This document shows positions 35,236 to 46,379 of a stretch of DNA of 64,000 nt, in pieces. The translations under genes and the position numbers were made by a program. The notes beneath the pieces were generated by a model that was not told where the DNA came from, did no database searches, and worked only from the letters and a program-made list of their open reading frames with translations. Numbering within the stretch: position 1 is the first letter of the stretch; each line of letters starts with the position of its first letter. This DNA comes from Amoebidium appalachense (Eukaryota > Protista > Ichthyosporea), in NCBI GenBank assembly GCA_963693365.1, contig CAVNZM010000016.1, positions 5,510,543 through 5,574,542 of the forward strand. The letters run 5' to 3'.

Positions 35236-38200
35236 GGGGGGTCTGAATGCGGAACACGGTACGAAGTACGCATACACGACGAGAAGCATGGTGCAGGACA
35301 CATGCAAAGGCAAACATTCAAGTATGCAACATCAGCCATGTGCACAGTATGCGTCATAAGCAGAGCCCATCCTCAGGGAGGACCCAAGTCATCAATTGCG
35401 TCTGAGTTTCGACCCCTTAGCCAGCGTATATACGACGCTCCAACTCAGACAGCAGCATCAACTGAACTTGGGCGGGTCAACCCGTCTTGATCAAAGACGA
35501 GCTGCTTATGCAAGCAAGGTGAGCAAAACGGTGAAGATGTGTGTGCAAACTAATGCAGTGCAGCGAAAAATGCGTATGTTTGCATATGACCCACACAGAG
35601 CAACCATGCCCGGTTGCATGGAAGTAAGGCAGTCTCCACACAGTGGTCAGTGCTGAAAGGACACCTCTGAAAGAAGACTGGGGGGGTTTGAATGCGGAAC
35701 ACGGTACGAAGTACGCATACACGACGAGAGGCATGGTGCAGGACACATGCAAAGGCAAACATTCAAGTATGCAACATCAGCCATGTGCACAGTATGCGTC
35801 ATAAGCAGAGCCCATCCTCAGGGAGGACCCAGGGGGGGGGGGGGGGGGGGGGGGGGGGAGGGAAGGGAATGCCTACGCGAAGTCTCTGATGTTCTCAATC
35901 TTTATGCTCTTCTTGTCCATCAGCTTCATCGATGGTGTCTCGTAGATGGACAGCGTGTCCTAATGGAAAGGAAAAGACGTAAGGTCCTGCACTGAAGCAT
36001 GCTCTCTCGGGTGCACATACACCCACTGCTACAACCCCCCCCCCCCCCCCCTGGGGACCCCATACCCCTTCCCGCAACCATAGCTGCACTCGAAGCTCAT
36101 ACCCAACCATAAATTAAATCCTCCCATCGTCCCTAAAAACATTCACAAAACACACACCACAGCAGGCCATCCATTACCCCCTCCCTCACACGCCGGCACT
36201 AACACGTACACACCCTACCCACCCACCCAACATTCACCTGCAAAGGTACCTCAAAGCACGGCTATTTCTCATTCCATCACACCTCTTCTGATATGATACA
36301 CCGCTCAGAACAGTGTATGCATAAACCTGCTTGCATGAGCACGCACATACCACACGGTTCCACTAAAAAAATGCTCAGATTCAAACTCTCTGCTGGACAA
36401 TATCCAATCAAACCAGGCATGTGTGTGTGTGCCTGTGCACGTGTCCACATACCGCGCTGGTGCGGGCAAAGAACTGGTCATCATTGGACCACTTGAATGC
36501 CGGCCACACCATCTGCTCCTCAGCACCAAACCCACGCAGCTTACGCCCTGTCCTGACATCCCACACAATGATGCTCTGCAAAAAAGAAGAAGAAGAAGAA
36601 GGTTAGATCAATGTGTGACCTTGACTGCACCATCATATCCCCCCCCCCCCCCGGAAAAATAATAAATAAACAACACACACGCACCTTAATTACCCGCAAC
36701 ATACTACGGTCCCGTCTTGCTCTAACACCCCTCCCCTATCCCCCCCCCTCCCCCGCGCACCAAAATTCTTGTGGTGATCATTTCCAAAAAAATCCACAAA
36801 ATGTGTGTGTGTGGGGGGGGGGGGGGGGGGGGGGGTTTGAATGCGGAACACGGTACGAAGTACGCATACACGAACGACAAATGCAAAGGCAAACATTCAA
36901 GTATGCAACATCAGCCATGCGCACAGCATGCGTCATAAGCAGAGCCCATCCTCAGGGAGGGCGGGGGAGTGGACGCACAGTGTGTGTTGCAAAGAAGAAG
37001 TGCAGACCCACGACTAATCACACCATGCAGCGTTTGCAAAGGACACAGCCACACACGATACAACCACACACCTGGGGGTCTCTTGGGTCATCGGGGACCT
37101 CGTTGCTCCATGTGACGATGTACTTTTCGCACGGGGAGAAGTCGATGAGCTTCACGCCAGTGTGGGGGAAGCGCATGACCTGTGTGAACTCCGGCCCGGC
37201 TGCAAAACCCCAAACACGTCAACACATTGCCATGACACACACGTACGCGCACACATCCAACCTGTACGGACAGGCTCTCTGATTTTTTTTCGAACACAAA
37301 GGATGACGCGAGCACATACACATTACTACAAGCCAGTGCTTGTTGTCAACTGGTAATGCATGCCAACGCGGTATGACCTTTAATCTCCTTGCTCCACCTC
37401 TTCCCCTCCCCCCCCATCTTTTCCAGCAAAAAAAAACCTTCCCCCCAAAAAACCTTCCTGCCAGTCTTTCAATCTTCCGGACAAATGAAGCATATCATCA
37501 TTCGTTCCCAGCTTGAATTTTGTGTGGCATATCCTTTCAGAAAAGAAGGTGAACGCTTAGTAAAAGTTGGAGGCCCGCAACTTCTGACGAGTAAAACTCA
37601 CCCCAGAGGGCAATGCCCTTTCTGTGGAAGGTAGCAAGGTAGCTGCCCTTTGGCGACCACACCACGTACGTCTCAGTCCAGTTCTGCATAAACACCATAC
37701 GTGATCAACACAACATTTCACTAGAACGTTTTTATGCAATAAGTGTTCCCAAAAAGCAAACCACGCCCAACACCAACACTGCGGCCAATTACTTACATCC
37801 ATCTCTTAGCCCTCCTCCCCCCCCCCCCCGGGCCCCCGAACCCCCTCCCCGATTCACAGGGGTGCACCTAGATTTTGAAAAGGCACGCACACCCCCATAT
37901 TTCCCTATTTGTAGAAACATTTCTACCAAACACACCCACAGAACCGGAGGGCACACGAAACCCTGCATGTAACATCCACACTACACTGCACCTGTCAGCA
38001 ACTGCACCCACCTCACGGTGGTGGACATCCTCAGGCTCGCTCCTGGTGTTGTATTTAACGGCAGTGTGGACGTCGTAGCGCAGAGCAAACTGGTCGAAGC
38101 AGCGCTCATCAGTCAGCCACCAGTGCAGGTCAACCTGTTGTGAGAGAATGGTGCTGTCAGAGATAAGCACCAGCTACCGAAACCATCTACAACACAAAAG

Positions 38201-39651
38201 ATTGTGAAAAAAGGTGGATACTACAACTTCGCTGTGCACAAGCCCAGTAACCATTGAAATCGAAAAACCGAGTGCTCCAGCTACTTTCCATCCCGCCAAC
38301 TCCCCCTTTCCCATGCTTCTCCTCATAAACAAGAATCATCTATAATTGGTCTGTGTGCACTTGCTGTCCGTATTCCCGATCCTGCCCACACCTTCCCACA
38401 CCCCCCCCCCCCCTTGCATTCTTCAGTCTGGGACATACCGGCTCCTTCTGGGGCTGGGAAGCTGGCTCAACAAACTCGTCGGTGATATTGGCAAACTTCT
38501 CGAGGTCAGTCATGCGAATGACCTCGAACGTGTGTGCCTTGTCAAGCTTGTAGCCGTTCAAAGTCTCGACGGCTTTCATGGCATGCTCAGGGTTGGCAAA
38601 CTCGATGAAGCAGAAGCTGCAAAACAGGAGAGCAAGTGAGTAAACAGAAGAAAAAGGAACGGAAAGCCTGCACACACAAGAACACAAACTAAGCAGGCAA
38701 GCAGGCAAGCACCAACCAAGCACAAAGAAAGGTAGATGTGTGTGCACACATAAGCGGCACGTTTGCATAGCACCGATGCAAATAAACTTCTCAAGCAGGG
38801 AGTTACCAAGCAGGCCCCTAGCACAGTGCACGTTTCGTGCTGATTTCCTTGAGAAACACACCCACATACCCTTTGCTCTGACCGTTGGCATCCATGGGCA
38901 TGAAGATGGGCTCACGGACTGGGCCCAGCTTGGAAAACAGCTTGGTAAGCACCGTCACCAGCTTGCCCACCTTCTCCTGCGGGACCTGGGGGACATTGTC
39001 CACAGCCACAACGTTCTGGAGACCATCCTCCATCTGGGGTGCCTCCCTCATAAGGTCCTCCACCAGGCCTGCAACAGAGAAACATGTGCATGAGCTACAC
39101 TACTCTACCGAGCCCAGCAAACTCATTGTGGTATGACAATCTCGACGCGCAAGGGATCTTAGAGGAAACTGCCAGGCCCACTGTCAGATTGGATCTGGGA
39201 CAGGTTATGTCTCAGGCTAAAATGTGCGGGTCTTGGATGGCACACACCCTGGAAAAAAGCAAAGCGAGAACTTTATAGAATCGAACAAATTTACTTTCCC
39301 CTTTTCTTTTCTCAGGTGCTTGCTACTACAATTACTCCTTGTCAGTTGCCCTTCGGGCGCAGAAATGAGGTTTAACCGTTGTGCAGTGGTGAATCGTACA
39401 CTCGCCAGCATCTCGTCCCTCCCGTGTTGAACTGAACACTGCAACACACACGCTATATTCTCTACCGTGTATGCTAATATAAATACGGCTAGTTGGCAAA
39501 GATCGCCCTCGATGTTTACGATCGGCTCCATGACCACTAGATTCTCAGTCTGTAGGTCCCTCATCTGTCCTATCTACTTCTTCAACGAAATGGTTCACTC
39601 ACTCTCATCATCACTTCCATCGTGATGATCCTCACGCGGGTTGCTCGTCAT
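28832..39651 (-). CDS. EIF3B: Translation initiation factor 3 subunit B; 17 exons (39651-39603, 39068-38870, 38616-38439, 38134-38012, 37683-37602, 37199-37072, 36575-36453, 35959-35877, 34582-34453, 33923-33779, 33212-33081, 32786-32734, 31670-31589, 30685-30603, 30245-30120, 29686-29566, 28986-28832)
   Basis: RRM ([30 protein letters not shown]) and beta-propeller motifs ([69 protein letters not shown]). All junctions are GT-AG with consistent phase; exon 1 is the least certain. Confidence 0.95.
29113..29217 (-). ncRNA. C/D box snoRNA, SNORD38/snR61-like (copy in last eIF3b intron)
   Basis: Minus strand: box C ATGATGA, guide CCAGTTCTGCTT, D' CTGA, C'-like GGATGA, box D CTGA, closed by stem ATGCCAGGTC/GACCTGGCAT. 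The guide is complementary to the conserved LSU rRNA sequence AAGCAGAACUGG. Confidence 0.85.
29834..29914 (-). ncRNA. C/D box snoRNA, SNORD38/snR61-like (second copy)
   Basis: Same box-to-box core (one substitution), with a different terminal stem, ATGGC/GCCAT. Confidence 0.85.
30316..30422 (-). ncRNA. C/D box snoRNA, SNORD38/snR61-like (third copy)
   Basis: Essentially identical to 29113-29217, including the flanking stem; in the intron between exons 14 and 15. Confidence 0.85.
30760..31204. repeat. 34-bp perfect inverted repeat plus 38-bp direct repeat bracketing a ~300-bp insert
   Basis: Arms 30760-30793 and 30830-30863; 30795-30832 repeated at 31167-31204. Confidence 0.85.
31435..31547 (-). 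mobile_element. Poly-C-associated element family 1, subfamily B, short copy
   Basis: GAATGCGTCAAAAAATACGAAGTAC...AAGCAGAGCCCATCCTCAGGG on +, with G tracts on both sides. Confidence 0.75.
32055..32690 (-). mobile_element. Family 1, subfamily B, longest copy
   Basis: Matches 31435-31547 and 48937-49141, then continues as non-repetitive sequence to the next G tract. The distal boundary is inferred. Confidence 0.7.
33598..33710 (-). mobile_element. Family 1, subfamily A, diverged short copy
   Basis: GAATGCGAAACACGGTACGAAGTACATACACGATGAGAAGCAT...TATGCGTCATA. Confidence 0.7.
35245..35831 (-). mobile_element. Family 1, subfamily A: ~405-bp copy (35245-35648) plus tandem partial copy (35690-35831)
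   Basis: Near-identical to 43848-44258; the second copy repeats the first ~140 bp and runs into a G tract. Confidence 0.8.
36839..36960 (-). mobile_element. Family 1, subfamily A, short copy with internal deletion
   Basis: G tract, then TTT, then GAATGCGGAACACGG...CCCATCCTCAGGGAGG. Confidence 0.75.
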
Positions 39652-41243
39652 TTTCACGTTCAGATACACCCCGGATGCGTGCAGATACTAACGGGATGGA
39701 GCTGAAACCAGGGGCCGACACAGAGGCTATCCCTCTCTTCCCACTGATTCTACACAGAAAAATTCGGCGCGGGCACGAAACGCAGGTGTGCCGCACACAG
39801 CTGTCACAGCGGCACACGTGCCACCTTGGCGTGATTGGCTGGTCGTAACTGGTCAGCTGACTTTTGACCAATCGCAGCTTTGTTTGCCTGCATTTTTCGC
39901 GCCCAGTCAACATGATCGGTTTTGCGTAAAATTTCTGGTAACAAACATCAAGTCCTATGATACTGCGCTCGCAGCTGAGGGCCCAAAAAATGCTTTGTGG
40001 AAATGGAAAGAAAATCGAAGGCTAACTGTGTATGTAGCAATTTTGTGACGTAGATTCGAAAACTGATGCCGCCGTTTGAAAGACCCCCAGGATCAATGTG
40101 TAGTAGTAAGCGTTATAATGTTATTCTTTTTGCATACGGATGGCTTGGTCAGGTCATCTGGACTAGGCTGGATCCCCAACACTTAATCTTAGTAGCCCTT
40201 ACTTATTGACATGTATTCTGAATAATAAAAGCACATCTTCGCGCGTGCTAACTGGGCTTCCGGGTGCGATTATATTCACACGCGTTGTATACCTGACCAT
40301 TTGACCAATCCACCTTCGAAGATCAGAGGAATAGGCCACCCGCATCATCGCCAGTGGGCCATGGTGGTTGTGTCACAATGGCGCAATAAGGGGTATTCAT
40401 GTGCCACCATTCGTAGGTCAGAGGCGGGGCAGTGCATGCACATGGCAGGCGGACGGGAGGGCTGGTGCTTCGTCTGACTACAGGCTTAACATTTCCATCC
40501 AAGGCCATCCAGTGGCAATGTCAAGGTGCTTTTGGTGTCCGGTTTTGGCCTGGGTAAGTTAGGTGCAGGTAGTTGGTGGTGGTGGTGGTGGGGGGGGGGG
40601 GGGGAGGGGGGGGGGGAGATAGATGGCGTCACGGAGTACGAAGTAATGATCACGCACAGCGGCCGTGACTCTCAGACGGGAGTCGAGCTGGGGGGGGGGA
40701 GGGGGGGGGGGGGGGGGGATGAGGTAGTTGTGTCACGGAGTACGAAGTACACAACGGTGACACTCAGTAGGGGGGGGGGGGGGGAGAGGGGGGCCACGAG
40801 CAGCTAGTGGGGGGGGGGGGGGGGGGAGGGGGGGGTTTACTTTAAGAAATGGCGACAAAAGTGGCTTTGGTTGGCTTTGTGAAACGGAGTTGCACTCCAA
40901 AGGTATATTCCCTTCTCCAGACAAAGGTTACGGGCAAGCCTTGTCCTATTCCAAGAAAACCGAGAGTGGCTCTGAAACATATTTGCACAGTGGATGTTAA
41001 GTTTACATGTTAACTATTTATACAATTATTGACACGCAAACAGCATTAGCCCGAGGACTGTTCAAAAAAGAATGGCACTGATACGTCACAGTTACGAATT
41101 TCGAGTTGTATGCTCAATATAGTAAGTAATAAACATTCGCACAAAGTTTTTTTGAACAAAGTAGTTTACGTGTGCTCTAAAGCCGGCATAATAGCCGGGG
41201 AGCGCGGCTACATGTGTGGCACGCGTGGCCAGAGTGTGGTCGC

Positions 41244-41391
<148 letters not shown>

Positions 41392-41800
41392 GTGTGTGTG
41401 TGCACCCCCGTGCAGGAATCGTGTGCACGTGTGTGTGCCTCAATGTATCGCAGCTGCCATATCAATGCGCTGCTTATTCTTTCACATCTGCACACAATGT
41501 CTACTCAAACACACGACATTTATACCATCAACAGAACCCTATGTTCATCATTAAAAATCACCAAACCCCATTACTGTGTTTTCTTTCGGAATATGTTCTT
41601 GACGGTGAGACTAACAGTACGCTTTGACTTGCTCCATGTGCTTGTCTTGCCCTTGCTTTCGGTGTAGCCCAGCTTCCTGCAAAACACATCCATCAGCCAG
41701 AACACCATATCTGTTGGAAAGACCGCTACACGATACCGGTCCATGCAAATAGTTGCGCATCCACACGCACACACACATACACACCACACGTTAACGGCAG

Positions 41801-41913
<113 letters not shown>

Positions 41914-42128
41914 ACACACAAACACCCGCACGCACACATACAAAGCATTCCACCCACAACAAAGGCAAGAGAAGAGAAAAAAAAACGGTTAGGCACGGGG
42001 AGGGGAGGGAGGAAGGGGAGGAGGGGGGGGGGATGTGTTGCGGAGTATGAGTTACATCTGCACTACGAAAAACAGTCCAGACAGCAAAGCACACACACAC
42101 AGAGCATGCAACATAAGCACACACAGGG

Positions 42129-42221
<93 letters not shown>

Positions 42222-42495
42222 TTTGTTTTTGTTTTTTGGTTTTTTGTTTTTTTTTTTTTTTTTTTTTTTTTGGGGGGGGGGGGGGACGGGGGGGAATGAA
42301 AACCCTCTCAAGATGTGGTTCCTAAAAAGGAAGAAAGAAGAACGAAACATAAACAACTTAGGGCCTGTTTGGCAGTGCAGTTATGTCGTGTCTTCATCGT
42401 ATTCGTATTTTCGCGCAATACCACGAACACGAATTTGTGTCGTGCCAAACACGCCGCAGAATTCTATCTCGCTAAAAGACGATGGAATCGCTTTG

Positions 42496-42547
42496 ATATC
42501 GTCTTTTCGAAAATCACCTCCGGAGGTGATTTTCGAAAAGACGATAT
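42496..42547. repeat. 52-bp perfect palindrome
   Basis: ATATCGTCTTTTCGAAAATCACCTCC|GGAGGTGATTTTCGAAAAGACGATAT, no spacer. Confidence 0.9.
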
Positions 42548-42921
42548 ATCTTTTAGCCAATCACAAGCGAAGTAAATATTGGATCGATCCGATCATCATG
42601 CAATCCAGTTTTGGGACTACCGCAGACCATTTATGGTTATTTTGGCTGTGGAGTTGGTGGAAACCGGATCAGTGCCTGTTCTTTTCCAAAAAAAAAATTT
42701 TAACAATACAAATAAATTTAAAACAATAGGAGGTATAACAAAGCACCTTTATGAATAAAATAGATAAACTTGAAGATGCAAATTACGCTCAAAATATGAC
42801 TCTTGATCGCACTTTAAAGTACTAAAGGTAAACCTAAAAAAAAAAAAGAACTAAAGGTAAACCTAAAAAAAAAAAAAGAAAGGCAGAAGGGGGGGGGGGG
42901 GGGAGAAGGCAGAAGGCAGAA

Positions 42922-42958
<37 letters not shown>

Positions 42959-43750
42959 GGACAAATAAACAAGTAAGCATACTTTGCCAATTCAGCCTCC
43001 TCTGGTGTAAGTTCACCGACAGCGCCGTCAGCCTCTGGCCCATTCGGGCTAGGGGGTTGGGGGGATATCCTGGTGGGTGATTCGGGTGGATGGGCCTTGG
43101 ATGGTCGGGGGATGGTGGTTGGAGACCCGGGTGCTCTACTGTGTTATGATAGTGTTAGGTATGAATGGGAGACAGGATGAGAGAGGAGGAAGGTGGAGGG
43201 GGAGGGGGGGGGGGGGGGGGGGACGGGTTCATGTTGATATGTTTCTTTTATTTTTTGGTCTTGCTTTTCTTTTCTTCTTCTTCTTCTTCTTCTTCTTTTC
43301 TTTTCTTTCTTTCTTTCCTTTTTTTTTTTTTTTTTTTTTTTTTTGGTGTGTGTGTGTGGGGGGGGGGGGGAAGGGGGAGGGGGCGGAGGGTTGGCTGGCT
43401 TTACTCATGCAAGTGCACAACCTGTTCCCCATCTTAATTTACCCTCCCATGGTATCATGACAAATCTTCTCCCTCGATGTGGCTGCTAGCTAATACAGCT
43501 TCAAATTCGAAATTTAAGGCCCATACAGCCATCAGGGGGACTGTCAACTGGCCCCCTGCTTACGCATGCCCTTCACTGAGAACATGTCCCCTCCCCCCCC
43601 CCCCTCCCCCCCCCCCCCCCCCCCCCCTCCACCCCTCTCTCTCCGTCCCTCTCTCTCTTTCCCCCACCCACCCCTCTCCCCCCCCCCCTCATGCGCGAAA
43701 CCCTTGAAAAATCGCCACAAAACCATGAATCCCCCCTACCCCCCCCCCCC

Positions 43751-43782
<32 letters not shown>

Positions 43783-43847
43783 ACCCACAAACACAGGTGT
43801 TTCTTCTAGGGGATAAGAGAAGGGGGGGGGGGGGGGGGGGGGGTTTT

Positions 43848-44258
43848 GAATGCGGAACACAGTACGAAGTACGCATACACGATGAGAAGCATGGTGCAGG
43901 ACACATGCAAAGGCAAACATTCAAGTATGCAGCATCAGCCATGCGCACAGTATGCGTCATAAGCAGAGCCCATCCTCAGGGAGGGCCCAAGTCATCAATT
44001 GCGTCTGAGTTTCGACCCCTTAGCCCGCGTATATACGACGCTCCAACTCAGACAGCAGCATCAACTGAACTTGGGTGGGTCAACCCGTCTTGATCAAAGA
44101 CGAGCAGGGTTGCTTATGCAAGCAAGGTGAGCAAAACGGTGAAGATGTATGTGCAAACTAATGCAGTGCAGCGACAAACGCGTATGTGCTTACAGATGCA
44201 CGACACAGAGCAACCATGCCCGGTTGCATGGAAGTAAAGATGTCTCCACACAGTGGTC
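43848..44258 (-). mobile_element. Family 1, subfamily A, ~410-bp copy
   Basis: Shares both ends with 35245-35648; G tracts on both sides. Confidence 0.8.
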
Positions 44259-44573
44259 TGTGGGGGGGGGGGGGGGGGGGGAGTAAGAATCAAGGTGTAT
44301 GGTCAACACCTACCCCGTTTGTAGCAGCATCGGACCCTTTGGAGCCTGTTTTGGTGGTTTTGCCTGGGTGGTGGGGGCAGAACTCGGCCTATGCTTGGTG
44401 GGAGGGACGGGTGGTGGCAGGGGGGTTTCATCGTCACTGGAGCTGTGCTCCCAATACTCCTCCCACCCACAAACATCGGGCGCTGCAACAACTTGACGGT
44501 GGGAAGAAAAGTTCACTGTAACGTGATAGCAAAGTAGTGTGTGTGTGTGTGTGGGTAGGTGGGTGGGAGGCCC

Positions 44574-44617
<44 letters not shown>

Positions 44618-45654
44618 AGTGGGGAAGGAGGGGGAGGGGGTGTGTTAGGTTGTTACCGAGTACAAAGTTACACAAAGAAAGCCTGGCACCTGAAAAATGT
44701 GCAACATTAGCAGGATCCATTCTCAGAGGAGAAGGACGGGGGAAAGGTGGGGAAAAGAGCCCGAGCCTTGACTGTTCACCACACCCGTGAACCCAAACAC
44801 AAAATATTGCTCGAGCTAATTCTGGGTTGGTCACCTGTCTTGGCCAAACGAGTGTGTGTGTGTCTGTGTGTGTCTGTGTGTGTGTGTATGCATGTGTTTG
44901 GGAAGGCTGAGTGAATGCGTGTGCGCTCTCTGTATGTGTGCTTAGGTGGGTGGGCGGCAAAGTGTATGTTGCTATGCTGAACACACGAGAAGTTAAGGCC
45001 GAAAGGGGGACGGGGTGAGGAGGGGAGGTGCGGTTTATGGAACGGGCAAGGATTGGGAGGGGAAGCGCGGGGGGGGGAGGGGAGGGGGGGGGGGGGGGGG
45101 AGGTAAGGGGGGGCAGGGAGGTAAGAGGATTCTGTATGGACAACACTAATAGCAGGAGGGGGTTTGCCGAGGTGGGAAACGTGGGGCTGCGGTATTTGGA
45201 GGTGTTATAATAATGTTAACAAGACAACATTGGTTTTGTGCCCGAACGTAGACTTGGTGGATAGAGTGGAGATTGGAATGAGTTCGGGTAGATGCAGGTT
45301 AAGAGGGAAGGTGAAGAAGATAAGGTAACTAAGAAAAGAGGAAAGTGTGGAATACTGAGGGAGAGGAGGGACGGAGGACAGAATGGGGTGGGGGAAGAGG
45401 GGGAAGGGGGGGGGGGGGGGGGGGGCAAAAAAAGACAACTTCATCAAGTGATGGCAAGGAAGAGAAAGATGAGCAATTCCGAGTCTGTGCTACGGGGAGA
45501 ACAAAATAGCTCATAGTAGACCGACCCTATTGTGGCACAATAATGTGCTCGAACAACAACCACGGTGACAATGATACACTACAATTTCTCACTTTCTTGT
45601 GTGTGCACCTTAACATGCTCAAAATTGTTCAATCACATCTACGCCCGCAGAGGG

Positions 45655-45695
<41 letters not shown>

Positions 45696-46379
45696 ATGCA
45701 CACACGCATGAGCACACAAACACACGTGCGCACTTCAAAAAAAGTCAGCATGTAAACACGTGGTCATGCACAGCCCCAACCGCTCAACAAAAACAAGGCA
45801 GAATGTTCACATTTGATTGCACGCATGCACTCACACACAGAGACAACTCTCCCCCCCCCCCCCCCCCCCCCCCCCCCCACTCCTCTCCGTCAACCGTTTC
45901 GCTCTCCCCCCTCCCTCCCTCTCCCTCTCTCTCTCCCTCCCTCCCTCCCTCCCTCCCTCCCTCCCTCCCTCCCTCCCTCCCTCCCTCCCTCCCTCCCTCC
46001 CTCCCTCTCTCTCTCCCCCTCCTCCTTCCCCCCCCTCCTCTCTCTCTCTCTCTCTCTCCCTCTCTCTCTCTCTCGCCCTCCCCCTCCCCTCTCTTTCACC
46101 ACCCTCCTCCCCCTCTCTCTCTTTCCTCTACATGCACCATACACACACACACACCAACACACCACCAACACCCACACACCCACACACACACATACACACA
46201 CACATACACACACATGCACCCCCCCCTCTCCCCCCCTTCCCCCCCCCCCCCCCCAACACACACACACACACACACACGCGATACACACGCACACACACCA
46301 CCTACAACACCTCCCCCATGCTCCCCTCCCCCCAACCCCCACACCCACGCCCCCTACCCCCTACCCCTCACACACACAC

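Noticed and set aside
37440-37505. Additional intronic box C (ATGATGA on the minus strand)
   Set aside because: No matching CTGA box D or terminal stem found.
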